From Patescibacteria group bacterium (GTDB lineage: Bacteria > Patescibacteriota > Minisyncoccia > UBA6257 > 2-01-FULL-56-20): a DNA stretch of 35,155 nucleotides. The position numbers and the translations under genes are program-made. This document shows, piece after piece, positions 21,573 through 30,651 of the stretch (positions within the stretch are counted from its first letter, which is position 1; the number at the start of each line of letters is the position of its first letter). Location: assembly GCA_038057515.1 (NCBI GenBank), contig JBBUDB010000034.1, positions 1-35,155 on the forward strand. Direction: 5' to 3'. The notes beneath the pieces were generated by a model. The model had not been told where the DNA came from and ran no database searches. It saw only the letters and a program-made list of their open reading frames with translations.

Positions 21573-23432
21573 TCATTTCTTTATTCTGTGTTCATAATAC
21601 CACGCGAGCGCGTCCTTGCCGATCGGCACGGCGTTTAAACTGCCTTCCTTCGCATTTTCGATGAGCACGAGGATAGCAACTTGCGGATCGTTGGCCGGTG
21701 CGTAGCCGACGAAGAAGGCGTTCTCTTGGGTATTGTTTTGCACTTGGGCCGAGCCGGTTTTCGCGGCGACCGCGAAGGACAGGTCGGAGAGGAGGTGCGC
21801 CGTGCCGAGAGGCGAGGTGACCGTTTCGCGCATCCCCTTTTGCACCTCAAGTAGAGCGGAGCCCAGATCAAGATCGGCGATCGTCTTCGGGTGCGACTTC
21901 CCCGGGACAAGCGTTGGTTCATAGAGATGTCCGCCATTTGCGATTGTGGCAATGTAATTCAAGAGTTCGATCGGCGTCACGAGAAGGTCGCCTTGGCCGA
22001 TAGAAACGTTGTAGGTGTCACCCACAAGCCACGGCCGTTTACCATCGGAGACCTCCTCCCTCCACTCTGGACTCGGCAAGAACCCTCTCGCCTCGCCCGG
22101 TAAGTCAATTCCCGTTGGTCGGTCGAAACCGAATTTCGCCCACCATTCACGCAAACGATTGATGCCCAGGCCTTTGAGGTCGCCGAAACCGCCTCCGACC
22201 TCGTAAAAATAGACGTTCGATGACTGAGCGAGGGCCGAGGAAAGATCGACATTTCCCTGATAGCGCCAGTCCACGAAACGGGTCGGCTGATCCGGGTTAT
22301 ATGGATTCGGAACGTCGAGGTAGCCGGGTGAAAAAATCTCGTATGTCGGGGAAATAACACCCTCGACAAGAGCCGCGATGGCCACCAGCGGCTTCACGGT
22401 GGACCCCGGGTTATAGAGGCCGGAGACAGCGCGATTAAAAAGCGGCCGGTCGGGAGAGGTGAGGAGGCGCTGGCGCTCGGCACTCTTCCCCGTGCCCGTG
22501 AACGCATTGTTGTCGTAGGCAGGCATGGTGAAGAACGCGAGCACCTCGCCGTTTTGCGGATTGAGCGCCATGCCAACGCCCGACGTCCGCCCCAGCGAAG
22601 CGAGGCCGCGCGCGAATCGGTCGTGAAAATATTCCTGAAACTCACCGTCAATGGTGAGCCGCAAGGTCTCTCCGATCTTCGGATCGCTCCGCTTTTGTTC
22701 GCCGACGATGTTTCCCTTGGCGTCGCGGAGACGCACGAAAAGCCCCGATGTTCCCCGAAGGCGCTCATCATAGTAGGCCTCGAGGCCGGCCTTGCCGATA
22801 AGGTCCTGCCCGGCGAGATCCCGATCCCGCTTAAGATCGGCGGCGGTCGGGAAGCCGAGGTAGCCAATCGCGGAGCTGAACACGGCGCCCAACGGATATT
22901 GCCGTTCGAACCCGCCCAGAACGATGAGCGTTTCGAGGTTCGCGTCGCGCAAAGCCACGACTTGCGCTGGTTGAAGGTCGCTTAAAAGAACGATGGGGTC
23001 GACGGCGGCTTCGACGTTTCGTTCCCGAATCAGATCGCGCACGGTTTCTTCGGGAATATCCAAGATCTGCCGAATGGTGAGGAACGTGGCCTCGTGGAGC
23101 GCCGGATTCCGCAAAAATTCCTTGAGGTTGAGGAGCGCCGAATAGACCGGCCGGTTTTCGGCGAGCACCCGCCCCTCCCGGGCGGTGATCGGCCCGCGCG
23201 GCGCGGCGAGCCGCGTGGTCTGATACTGGTTCGCCGCGGCCCGACTCTCATAAAATCCGCCCCTCGCGAAAGAGAGAAAGGCGATTCTCCCGACAACCGC
23301 GAGCGCCACGAGTAAGATCGCCACGCCGAGATACCAGAACGGCCGCTCGTCGAGGGGCACTTCGATGACGTCGAGGTCTTTGGACCACTCATCCGAAAGC
23401 GACTCCTCAAAAACAATTTCTCGTTTCTTCAT
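21573..23432 (-). CDS. mrdA: penicillin-binding protein 2 (class B transpeptidase)
   Basis: 619 aa. N-terminal TM helix, then STVKP (SxxK), SSN and KTGSA motifs. It lies immediately downstream of mreBCD. Confidence 0.8.
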   Translation of the reverse strand: MKKREIVFEESLSDEWSKDLDVIEVPLDERPFWYLGVAILLVALAVVGRIAFLSFARGGFYESRAAANQYQTTRLAAPRGPITAREGRVLAENRPVYSALLNLKEFLRNPALHEATFLTIRQILDIPEETVRDLIRERNVEAAVDPIVLLSDLQPAQVVALRDANLETLIVLGGFERQYPLGAVFSSAIGYLGFPTAADLKRDRDLAGQDLIGKAGLEAYYDERLRGTSGLFVRLRDAKGNIVGEQKRSDPKIGETLRLTIDGEFQEYFHDRFARGLASLGRTSGVGMALNPQNGEVLAFFTMPAYDNNAFTGTGKSAERQRLLTSPDRPLFNRAVSGLYNPGSTVKPLVAIAALVEGVISPTYEIFSPGYLDVPNPYNPDQPTRFVDWRYQGNVDLSSALAQSSNVYFYEVGGGFGDLKGLGINRLREWWAKFGFDRPTGIDLPGEARGFLPSPEWREEVSDGKRPWLVGDTYNVSIGQGDLLVTPIELLNYIATIANGGHLYEPTLVPGKSHPKTIADLDLGSALLEVQKGMRETVTSPLGTAHLLSDLSFAVAAKTGSAQVQNNTQENAFFVGYAPANDPQVAILVLIENAKEGSLNAVPIGKDALAWYYEHRIKK

Positions 23433-23435
23433 AAA

Positions 23436-23900
23436 CTATAGCTTAGCGGAACCGATCTCACGACCAAAAATGACTCGCAAAAACTGAAAAATAAAGGCGC
23501 CAACGAAAAGCGTGCCCACCCAAGCGGTAAGGAACGCGACTGGATTCGTTGCCGGAAGCGGCCAGGCCGCGAGAAAATTGAAGCCGAGCGCCGCCGCCCC
23601 GACGGCCAGGAGATTCGAAAACCATGGTTGCCAAGGCAAAAGCGGTCGCAGGAGCCGCGCACTAATCGCGACGGCCATGAAAACGCCAAGCTCCCAACTC
23701 AAGGCCGGCTCCCAATTCAGGGCCCACGCCGCGAACATGATTAAAAGCGCGGTTTCCCCGACGGTGAGCACCGCGCCGACCGCCACGAGCGCCGCGAGCG
23801 CCACATCTATGACCACACCGCCACTTCCCGAAAGGCGCATCTGGAAAACGATCGCGAAGAAAACGATAACGAGTGCCACCAAAAACTTTTCCCAACGCAT
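23436..23900 (-). CDS. mreD: rod shape-determining protein MreD (by position and topology)
   Basis: 154-aa polytopic membrane protein lying between mreC and mrdA. Confidence 0.6.
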   Translation of the reverse strand: MRWEKFLVALVIVFFAIVFQMRLSGSGGVVIDVALAALVAVGAVLTVGETALLIMFAAWALNWEPALSWELGVFMAVAISARLLRPLLPWQPWFSNLLAVGAAALGFNFLAAWPLPATNPVAFLTAWVGTLFVGAFIFQFLRVIFGREIGSAKL

Positions 23901-23910
23901 GAAGCGATCG

Positions 23911-24630
23911 CTAATTTTTCGTGGCCGAAACCACCACTATCTTAAGATCATTGCCCGTGTAAGAGAGGGCGAGCGCGGCTTCCTGAAAGAGTTGATTCGC
24001 CGACATGCGCAGGGCGCCGACTTCGCCGATCGGCAGACCGTAAGGCAGATCTGGCGCCGCGGCATAAACAGCTTCACCCGGAACGACTACGGAGTTCTTC
24101 GGAATGAGAGTGAGTTGCGGCTCGGCGCCGCCCGAGAGAACCGCGTCCGTGCCCGCCGCGCCGATTCGCACCGTCATTTGAAAGCCGATATCAAAAACGG
24201 TCTGTACCGAAGCAGTGCGCTTAAAAACCCCCTTCACTTTGCCGATGAGAATGGTGCCGACCGTATCGGGCGAAGGCGATGCCCCCGAGACGACGGGGAG
24301 GAACACCGGCACACCCACTACCAAGCCATTCTCACTGCCGGCGGCAATGAGGAGTTCGTTTTTAAAACTAAACGGATAGCGCGAGTAAACGAACACTGGC
24401 ACATGAGCCGAATCGCCAAGGACGGCGGTTGTGCGGGCCAGCGCCTCGGACTCCGCGATCCGTGTTTTTAAGGCCGTATTTTCCCGCGCCAGATTCATCT
24501 GGGCTAAAAGCGCAGAAGATTCGTCGGGGCGCAATATATTTTGCAACGCCCAGCCGGCGGCGGGCTCAAGAAAAAGAGCAAGCGCGCCTACCGCGACGAG
24601 AATGGCGAGAATCAAGCGGTCTGCGGTCAT
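23911..24630 (-). CDS. mreC: rod shape-determining protein MreC
   Basis: 239 aa. N-terminal TM helix, a coiled-coil (LAQMNLARENTALKTRIAESEAL) and a beta-rich C-terminal domain. It follows mreB. Confidence 0.75.
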   Translation of the reverse strand: MTADRLILAILVAVGALALFLEPAAGWALQNILRPDESSALLAQMNLARENTALKTRIAESEALARTTAVLGDSAHVPVFVYSRYPFSFKNELLIAAGSENGLVVGVPVFLPVVSGASPSPDTVGTILIGKVKGVFKRTASVQTVFDIGFQMTVRIGAAGTDAVLSGGAEPQLTLIPKNSVVVPGEAVYAAAPDLPYGLPIGEVGALRMSANQLFQEAALALSYTGNDLKIVVVSATKN

Positions 24631-24642
24631 GGCGGGTAAGAT

Positions 24643-25686
24643 TTAAATATTTATATCAAGCGGCTTCAGGGGGTTGTCGAGAAAACTGCGGTAGGTGGCG
24701 AATTCGTCGATCATGAGCCCCAGGCCGCGCGCCACGCAGGTCAAGGGGTCTTCGGCGATAACGGTCGAGACCGCCGTTTCCTTCTCGATCATCTCATCGA
24801 GCCCCCGAAGCAGAGCGCCGCCGCCGCAAAGACAAATTCCCTGCTTTAGCATGTCGCCGGCGAGTTCTGGCGGAGTAATCTCGATAACTTCAAGTATGGC
24901 CTCGGTAATTGTTTTCAGGGATTTCGCGAGCGCCGCCCGAACGTGGCTGTTTTTCATAACGACCTCCCGCGGCAATCCACTCGAAAGGTCGCGGCCCCGG
25001 ATCGGCACCTCCAGGCGCTCGTCCATGACAATGGCCGATCCCACGGCGATCTTGGCCATTTCGGCCGTCGGCTCGCCGATCACGAGCTTGAACTCGTCGC
25101 GCACGAACCGAATGATGTCGTCATTGAATCTGTCGCCGGCGATCTTCAGGGTTCGGGAAACGACGGTGCCGCCCATGGAGATGACGGCGATATCGGTCGT
25201 CCCGCCCCCGATATCGATGATGAGCGAAGTGGTGGGGATGTCGATGGGCAGTCCGGCGCCAAGCGCCGCCGCGACCGGTTCCTCGACGAGATGGACCGTC
25301 GCCACGCCCGCGAGCTTGGCCGCATCCTCGACGGATTTGCGCTCGACCTCGGTGAGGTTATTCGGAATAGCGAGGATCGCGCGGCGGAAGCTCGCGAAAG
25401 GCAACCGCACCGCGACGAGACGCTTTAAAAACTGGGCGAGCATCTCGCGAGTCATATCGAAGTCGGAAATGACGCCGGAGACAAGCGGCCTCACGACGCT
25501 GATGTGCGAGGGCGTGCGTCCGAGCATTTTTCTCGCATCCAGACCGACGGCGAGAATCTGGTTCGTCTTGTTGTTGATGGCGGCAACCGACGGCTCATTA
25601 ATAACAAGGCCGCGTCCTCTTAGATAAATGAGGGTGTTCGCCGTGCCGAGGTCGATACCAACGTCTTTGAAGAATTTATCGAACAT
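24643..25686 (-). CDS. mreB: rod shape-determining actin homologue MreB
   Basis: 347 aa from the ATG at 25686 (MFDKFFKDVGIDLGTANTLIY...). Phosphate, adenosine and connect motifs are present (DIGGGTTD, CGGGALLRGLD). The 37-aa N-terminal extension in the track ORF was trimmed. Confidence 0.93.
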   Translation of the reverse strand: MFDKFFKDVGIDLGTANTLIYLRGRGLVINEPSVAAINNKTNQILAVGLDARKMLGRTPSHISVVRPLVSGVISDFDMTREMLAQFLKRLVAVRLPFASFRRAILAIPNNLTEVERKSVEDAAKLAGVATVHLVEEPVAAALGAGLPIDIPTTSLIIDIGGGTTDIAVISMGGTVVSRTLKIAGDRFNDDIIRFVRDEFKLVIGEPTAEMAKIAVGSAIVMDERLEVPIRGRDLSSGLPREVVMKNSHVRAALAKSLKTITEAILEVIEITPPELAGDMLKQGICLCGGGALLRGLDEMIEKETAVSTVIAEDPLTCVARGLGLMIDEFATYRSFLDNPLKPLDINI

Positions 25687-25714
25687 AGTGGTGCTCGGAG
25701 GAGGTAATGATTTT

Positions 25715-27190
25715 TTAATAGCTCTGCGCGAAGAGCCACTTTCGCGTCGCGGGCGCTCCGCAGGCGAAACAATTCCCGGAGAAATTCGCGTCCGCAAGAT
25801 TAAGTTCGAGCACGCGGGTGGTGGCTTTCGTTTCTTCTTTTACTTTCGCCTCGCAGGCAGGATCTTCACACCAGAGCGCGCGGAAGAATCTCCGTCCGTC
25901 GGCGAGCGCCGTCTTGAACTCGTCGTAGGTTGCGACTTCACGGGTAAGATGTTGCTTCATGACCACGGAACGCTCGAGAAGCGAGCGCTGAATATCGTCG
26001 AGAAGATTGTCCGTGCCGGCAACGACATCGCTCTCGGCGATTATTCCCTTCAGGAAGGTGTCGCGACGGGCGAAGGCCACGCTCCCCGTTTCGAGTTCTT
26101 TCGCGCCAATCTCAAGCCGGAGCGGCACACCGCGCAGTTCCCATTCGTTGATCCGATAACCCAGCGCATGATGAGCATCGTCATCGACCACGGCTCTGAT
26201 CCCGGATTGTTTAAGCCGCTCCGCAACGTCACGGGCTTGTTTGCCGACCTTCCGTTGCGTCTCGGCGTCTTTGCCTCCGATCGCGAGGATAACGACCTGG
26301 TGCGGCGCGATCTTCGGCGGGAGGACGAGCCCCGAGTCGTCGCCATGGCTCAAAATAAGGCCTCCGATGGAGCGGGTCGAAAGCCCCCACGAGGTCTGGA
26401 ACGGATGTTTCCGCTCGCCGGACTCGTCGAGAAACAATATCTCAAAAACTTTGGCAAAATTATCGCTTAAGTTATGCGATGTGGCCGCCTGGAGCGCCCG
26501 GCCGTCGGGCATCACGAGCTCGATTGAATAAGTTGTTTTCGCGCCCGCGAACGTTTCGCTCTGGCTCTTTAGTCCTATATAAGGAGAAATAGCGCAGTAA
26601 TCCTCGTAGAATTTACGGTACCACCAGAGGGCCCGTGTCTGCATGGCAACCGCCTCATCCTCCGTCTGATGGACGGTGTGGCCTTCCTGCCAGAGAAATT
26701 CCGTCGTCCGTAGGAAGGGGTAGGTGCGCTTTTCCCAGCGGACGACGTTCGCCCACTGGTTGATGAGAAGCGGCAAATCCCGGTAACTCTGCACCCAGTC
26801 CTTAAAAGTCTGGTACATGATCGTCTCCGAGGTCGGCCGGACGGCGAGCGGTTCCGCGAGCTTTTCGCCGCCGCCGTGGGTTACGACCGCGAGCTCGGGC
26901 GAGAATCCCTCGAGGTGCCCTTTTTCTTTTTCGAGAAGCGACATCGGAATGAAGATCGGGAAATACGCGTTCTGTACTCCCGCCTCCTTGAACCAGCCGT
27001 CAAGCGTCGCCTGGATGCGCTCCCAAATCGCATAGCCGTAGGGCTTGATGATCATACAGCCCTTCACGACCGAGTAGTCGGCGAGGCCCGCTTGCACAAC
27101 AACGTCGTGATACCAGTCCGAGACGTTCTCGGATTTTTTCGTCAGATGGCGTTTCTCGAATGCGGGCATGGGCAAGAATTTAGTAGTCAA
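25715..27190 (-). CDS. proS: prolyl-tRNA synthetase, archaeal/eukaryote-like type (no INS editing domain; C-terminal Zn-binding extension)
   Basis: 491 aa. SDWYHDVVVQAGLADYSVVKGCMIIKPYGYAIWE, class II motifs, an anticodon-binding domain, and a C-terminal CEDPACE...CFACG ending in ...QSY. Confidence 0.88.
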   Translation of the reverse strand: MTTKFLPMPAFEKRHLTKKSENVSDWYHDVVVQAGLADYSVVKGCMIIKPYGYAIWERIQATLDGWFKEAGVQNAYFPIFIPMSLLEKEKGHLEGFSPELAVVTHGGGEKLAEPLAVRPTSETIMYQTFKDWVQSYRDLPLLINQWANVVRWEKRTYPFLRTTEFLWQEGHTVHQTEDEAVAMQTRALWWYRKFYEDYCAISPYIGLKSQSETFAGAKTTYSIELVMPDGRALQAATSHNLSDNFAKVFEILFLDESGERKHPFQTSWGLSTRSIGGLILSHGDDSGLVLPPKIAPHQVVILAIGGKDAETQRKVGKQARDVAERLKQSGIRAVVDDDAHHALGYRINEWELRGVPLRLEIGAKELETGSVAFARRDTFLKGIIAESDVVAGTDNLLDDIQRSLLERSVVMKQHLTREVATYDEFKTALADGRRFFRALWCEDPACEAKVKEETKATTRVLELNLADANFSGNCFACGAPATRKWLFAQSY

Positions 27191-27240
27191 AGATTAGCAC
27201 GAAGGGAAACCCGAGGTAAAGCCCGGAAAACAAGGCTAAA

Positions 27241-27269
27241 TTGACGCGGCTCGACTTCAATTGTATAAA
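27241..27269 (+). promoter_or_regulatory. sigma70 promoter (TTGACG-17 nt-TATAAA) for the Cys-rich small gene
   Basis: -35 at 27241-27246, an exact 17-nt spacer, -10 at 27264-27269. Confidence 0.6.
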
Positions 27270-27324
27270 TGAGCTAGCTATTCTGCTTGCTTCTTCGCGT
27301 TCCCACTTTCCAAGGAGGAAGGCT

Positions 27325-27606
27325 ATGTCTCTCGACAGTTGTGGCTGCGGCACCTGGGGCGAACCCGGCGGGTGCGCCGTGAGGAGATTCGAGATCTCCG
27401 GCAAGGGGTGGCTCCCCCGTATTCCATTTCAAGGCATGCGCACCTATGATCGGTGCCCCCTCTGCTATGTGCTTTCCGGTGGCGTACATCATCTCGGCTG
27501 TATGGCTGAGCGCTGTCCCGACGGCTGCGAAGAGCAGTTCGTGGTGTGTCGTCACGGAGAAGTTATCCGGGGCATTCCGGCGGACGCCGAACTCACCGAA
27601 ATCTAG
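27325..27606 (+). CDS. hypothetical 93-aa cysteine-rich protein (9 Cys, 3 His); probable metal-binding or disulfide-rich; no family recognised
   Basis: MSLDSCGCGTWGEPGGCAVRRF...DRCPLCYVLSGGVHHLGCMAERCPDGCEEQFVVCRHGEV.... A strong SD (AAGGAGGAAGG) ends 4 nt before the ATG. The gene has its own promoter and an intrinsic terminator. It is the only plus-strand gene within a long minus-strand block. Confidence 0.7.
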   Translation: MSLDSCGCGTWGEPGGCAVRRFEISGKGWLPRIPFQGMRTYDRCPLCYVLSGGVHHLGCMAERCPDGCEEQFVVCRHGEVIRGIPADAELTEI

Positions 27607-27637
27607 CGGAACAACATGTTTCGCACCCACCAACATC

Positions 27638-27670
27638 ACCGGTCGCCTGAGGCGACCGGTTCGTTTTTTT
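27638..27670 (+). terminator. intrinsic terminator (10-bp GC stem plus T7)
   Basis: ACCGGTCGCC-tga-GGCGACCGGT followed by TCGTTTTTTT. It lies between the Cys-rich gene (+) and the 3' end of mraY (-). Confidence 0.85.
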
Positions 27671-27686
27671 AAATAATGTGGCAGAG

Positions 27687-28760
27687 CTACAAAAACCGCG
27701 CCAGGAAGAAGATAACGAGACCCACGATAGAGGCCACCGCCGAGATGATCCAGAAGCGCATCGTGACCTGGCTTTCCGGCCAGCCGATCGCTTCGAAATG
27801 GTGGTGGATGGGCGCCGAAAGAAATATCTTGCGCCGCAAAAATTTTTTGGCGAGGAGCTGAACGATGACCGAGCCCGATTCGATGACGAGCACGATGCCG
27901 ATGATGGGCAGGAAAAGCACCGAGTTGGTGAGGAAGGCGATGACGGCTAGGGTGACAGTGAGGCCCATGATGCCCGTCTCGCCCATATAGAACTTGGCCG
28001 GGTGGACGTTAAACCACAGATAGGTCACGAGCGCCCCGATAATGACGATGATCATCGAGGTCAGGTCGTAGAGGCCCTTGGCGTAGCTAATCGCCCCGAA
28101 GGCGGCGAAGATCGGGAGCATCACCCCCGCCGAGAGGCCGTCTAAGCCATCGATCACTCCGCTCGAGAAGGTAGCAAAAACAACGAAGACAAAGAGAAGA
28201 AGATAGAGCCCGTCAATCTCCAGATTGCCGTAGAACGGGATATACAAACTGCTCCAGCCGAGCTTGAAATAGAACCACCACGCGCCCGCGAGAGCGATGA
28301 GGAAGATGATGCCGAGACGAACCTTCAAGCGGATGCCTCCGCCGATATACTTGCCTTTATTCTTAATGACGAGAATGTCGTCCACGAGGCCGAGAAGCGA
28401 AGCCGAAAGAAGAGTGAAAAGCGGCAACCACGTCTGCGAGCGCGACACGAAATTCAGCTTCGCGAAGAACGATCCCGGCGAAACGACGCTCGCGAGAAAT
28501 GTGAGTCCCGTTACCACTAAAACCGTGCCCCAAATGAGGACTCCGCCCATGCGGGGCGTCGAAACCTCTTTCTCCGCGTGCAACTTCGTGAAGTACGTCG
28601 TCTTTTCCCCGCCGAAAGTTTCTTCGCGCGGTTTTTTCTTCCACGCCTTGTTGCGATAGAGAATTCTGATGAGCGCCGGCGCCGCGGCGATCGCGATGGC
28701 GAAAGAGAGAATAAACAGCGACAGGATTTTAATGATAAGAAAAACGTGTTGCTGATACAT
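27687..28760 (-). CDS. mraY: phospho-N-acetylmuramoyl-pentapeptide transferase
   Basis: 357 aa, polytopic. GLVDDILVIK, GLDGLSAG and APIHHHFE motifs. Confidence 0.92.
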   Translation of the reverse strand: MYQQHVFLIIKILSLFILSFAIAIAAAPALIRILYRNKAWKKKPREETFGGEKTTYFTKLHAEKEVSTPRMGGVLIWGTVLVVTGLTFLASVVSPGSFFAKLNFVSRSQTWLPLFTLLSASLLGLVDDILVIKNKGKYIGGGIRLKVRLGIIFLIALAGAWWFYFKLGWSSLYIPFYGNLEIDGLYLLLFVFVVFATFSSGVIDGLDGLSAGVMLPIFAAFGAISYAKGLYDLTSMIIVIIGALVTYLWFNVHPAKFYMGETGIMGLTVTLAVIAFLTNSVLFLPIIGIVLVIESGSVIVQLLAKKFLRRKIFLSAPIHHHFEAIGWPESQVTMRFWIISAVASIVGLVIFFLARFL

Positions 28761-28776
28761 GGGGGTTTCTTGGCGC

Positions 28777-29928
28777 TTACCGATTCAGGGTGAAGTTACT
28801 TCGGAACCAGGCAAATAATTTCTCGGTCTCGCCGAAACGGTCCTCGGTGCCGAGTACGATAACGACAATCGGACGCTTCTGGTACATGAAGATCGAAAGC
28901 AGATTGCCACCGGCGTCTTCGGTGTAGCCGGTCTTCCCGCCTAGGAACGTCGGGTCGCCGGCGAAGGCATTAATGTTCTGAAGCGTGAGGCGCTCTTGGT
29001 AGTCGAGATTGGTAATTGTTGCCTGCTTCCGGCGCGTCTCGGAAAATACCTGAGGGTATTCGTTGAATATCTTCGTCGCCAGTCGGCGCAGGTCGTAAGC
29101 GTTCGATTGATTCGTGGTCGAAAGCCCCGTTGGGTCGCCGAAGTGAGTATTGTCGAGACCCCAAGCGGCCGCTAGGCCGTTCAGTCGATTGATGAAATCG
29201 CTCCGGTTGCCGCTTTGATTCGCGAGCGCCTCCGCCGCCTCATTCGAAGAAACGACAAGCATCGCCGTCATGAGATCGGAGGCGGTATAGGTCTCGCCTG
29301 CGGCAAGTTTTTTACCGATACTAGTATCTTCGGGGGGGAAATCCGCTTCCGTAAGCGCGATTTTCGCTTTTTGTTCCGGCAAAGAAAACGCCGCGACCGC
29401 GGTCATAAGCTTGGTGATCGAGGCAATCGGCCAGCGTTTAAGGGGCGCGAGTCCAAAGTATTGCTCACCCGTCGTAAGATCGGCGAGAAGGGCGGCCGTG
29501 GCCGCTACTTTGGGCTCCGAAACAACGCCCACGGGCCGAAAGACAGCGGCTTGAAGCGTCGAGGTGGGCACGAGCGATCCCTCTTTGACGGTTGCTCGGG
29601 CGGCAGACTCTCGAGGCGGCGGACTCGCGGTTTTTTCCTTTCCCGCCAGCTCTCCAAGAAGCGTCGCCTCAAGATCGGCGAGCGCCACTTCGTCGGGCGA
29701 TGGGTCGGTTTCTCCTTCGCCAACCGAAGCGGAAGAAGGGGTAGCGGAAACGACCGTGGGTGAGGAGAGCATAAAAACCGGCGGCGTAACGCGGGACTGG
29801 CGCACGGAAAATTCGTCGGCCACAAAAGCCGCCGGCGGATCCTGTCGAGCCGCGCCGAACCTGCTGCTCATGGCCGTTACGCCCAACATGACGGCAAGAA
29901 AGAGGATTTTTTCGAACGTAAAATTCAT
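28777..29928 (-). CDS. D-alanyl-D-alanine carboxypeptidase (peptidase S11, low-MW PBP) with a signal/anchor and an Ala/Pro/Ser-rich linker
   Basis: 383 aa. Motifs are SITK (SxxK), SSNEAA (SxN) and KTGYT (KTG). Confidence 0.8.
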   Translation of the reverse strand: MNFTFEKILFLAVMLGVTAMSSRFGAARQDPPAAFVADEFSVRQSRVTPPVFMLSSPTVVSATPSSASVGEGETDPSPDEVALADLEATLLGELAGKEKTASPPPRESAARATVKEGSLVPTSTLQAAVFRPVGVVSEPKVAATAALLADLTTGEQYFGLAPLKRWPIASITKLMTAVAAFSLPEQKAKIALTEADFPPEDTSIGKKLAAGETYTASDLMTAMLVVSSNEAAEALANQSGNRSDFINRLNGLAAAWGLDNTHFGDPTGLSTTNQSNAYDLRRLATKIFNEYPQVFSETRRKQATITNLDYQERLTLQNINAFAGDPTFLGGKTGYTEDAGGNLLSIFMYQKRPIVVIVLGTEDRFGETEKLFAWFRSNFTLNR

Positions 29929-30072
29929 TACTGAGTGGAATTGCTGCTTGGAACCGGCGCCTCTCCTCCGGGCTCGCCCGGTAGTACAGCGGCGACGCTA
30001 CGCGGGAAGCGTGACCAGATCTGTGCTTTGAGTTTTTTGGTTGATTCTACAAAAATCATAGACATACGGTTG

Positions 30073-30651
30073 TTATTCTATCGCCGTTGTACTACCGGGC
30101 TCGCCCCGAAGTTCGGCCTCGAATTTTGCGAGAAGTTGCCGATAGTTCTCATAGTCGGGCAAGTCTTCTTGTCGCGCAAGCCCCAAGTGGGTGAGTAGCA
30201 GGAAGCTCGGGCGGTAGACATAGGAAGTTGGGTGGGCAGGATCAGTGGCACGCAAAATAAGACCGCGGATCATGAGGTTTCGCAAAATGAAGGCGGAGTT
30301 CACCCCGCGCTGATAGTCAATTCGCGCCTTCGTTACGGGTCCGAAGTACGCGATGATGGCCAGTGTCTCCAAGCTTGCGGGCGTGAGCTCTTCGGCGAGT
30401 TCCGCCTTCACGAAACCTTCGACTATCTTCGCGAAAGCGGGCTTGGTGGCAAGCTGCGCCCGCTCGCCGCCCAGAACGAGCATCAGGCCGCGCTCCTCGT
30501 CGGCCAAGCGTTCTTCAAGGGTTTTCGCGAGTCCCCGGACGGTCGCCTCGTCAACTTCGAGGATCTTCGCGATCTTGACGAAAGAGAGCGGCTCCCCGTG
30601 GACGAAGAGCAACGCTTCGAGAGCGGCCAGTTGTTTGGTTTCTTTGTTCAT
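30073..30651 (-). CDS. scpB: segregation and condensation protein B
   Basis: 192 aa. ALEALLFVHGEPLSFVKIAKIL and tandem winged-helix organisation. Overlaps scpA by 4 nt. Confidence 0.88.
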   Translation of the reverse strand: MNKETKQLAALEALLFVHGEPLSFVKIAKILEVDEATVRGLAKTLEERLADEERGLMLVLGGERAQLATKPAFAKIVEGFVKAELAEELTPASLETLAIIAYFGPVTKARIDYQRGVNSAFILRNLMIRGLILRATDPAHPTSYVYRPSFLLLTHLGLARQEDLPDYENYRQLLAKFEAELRGEPGSTTAIE

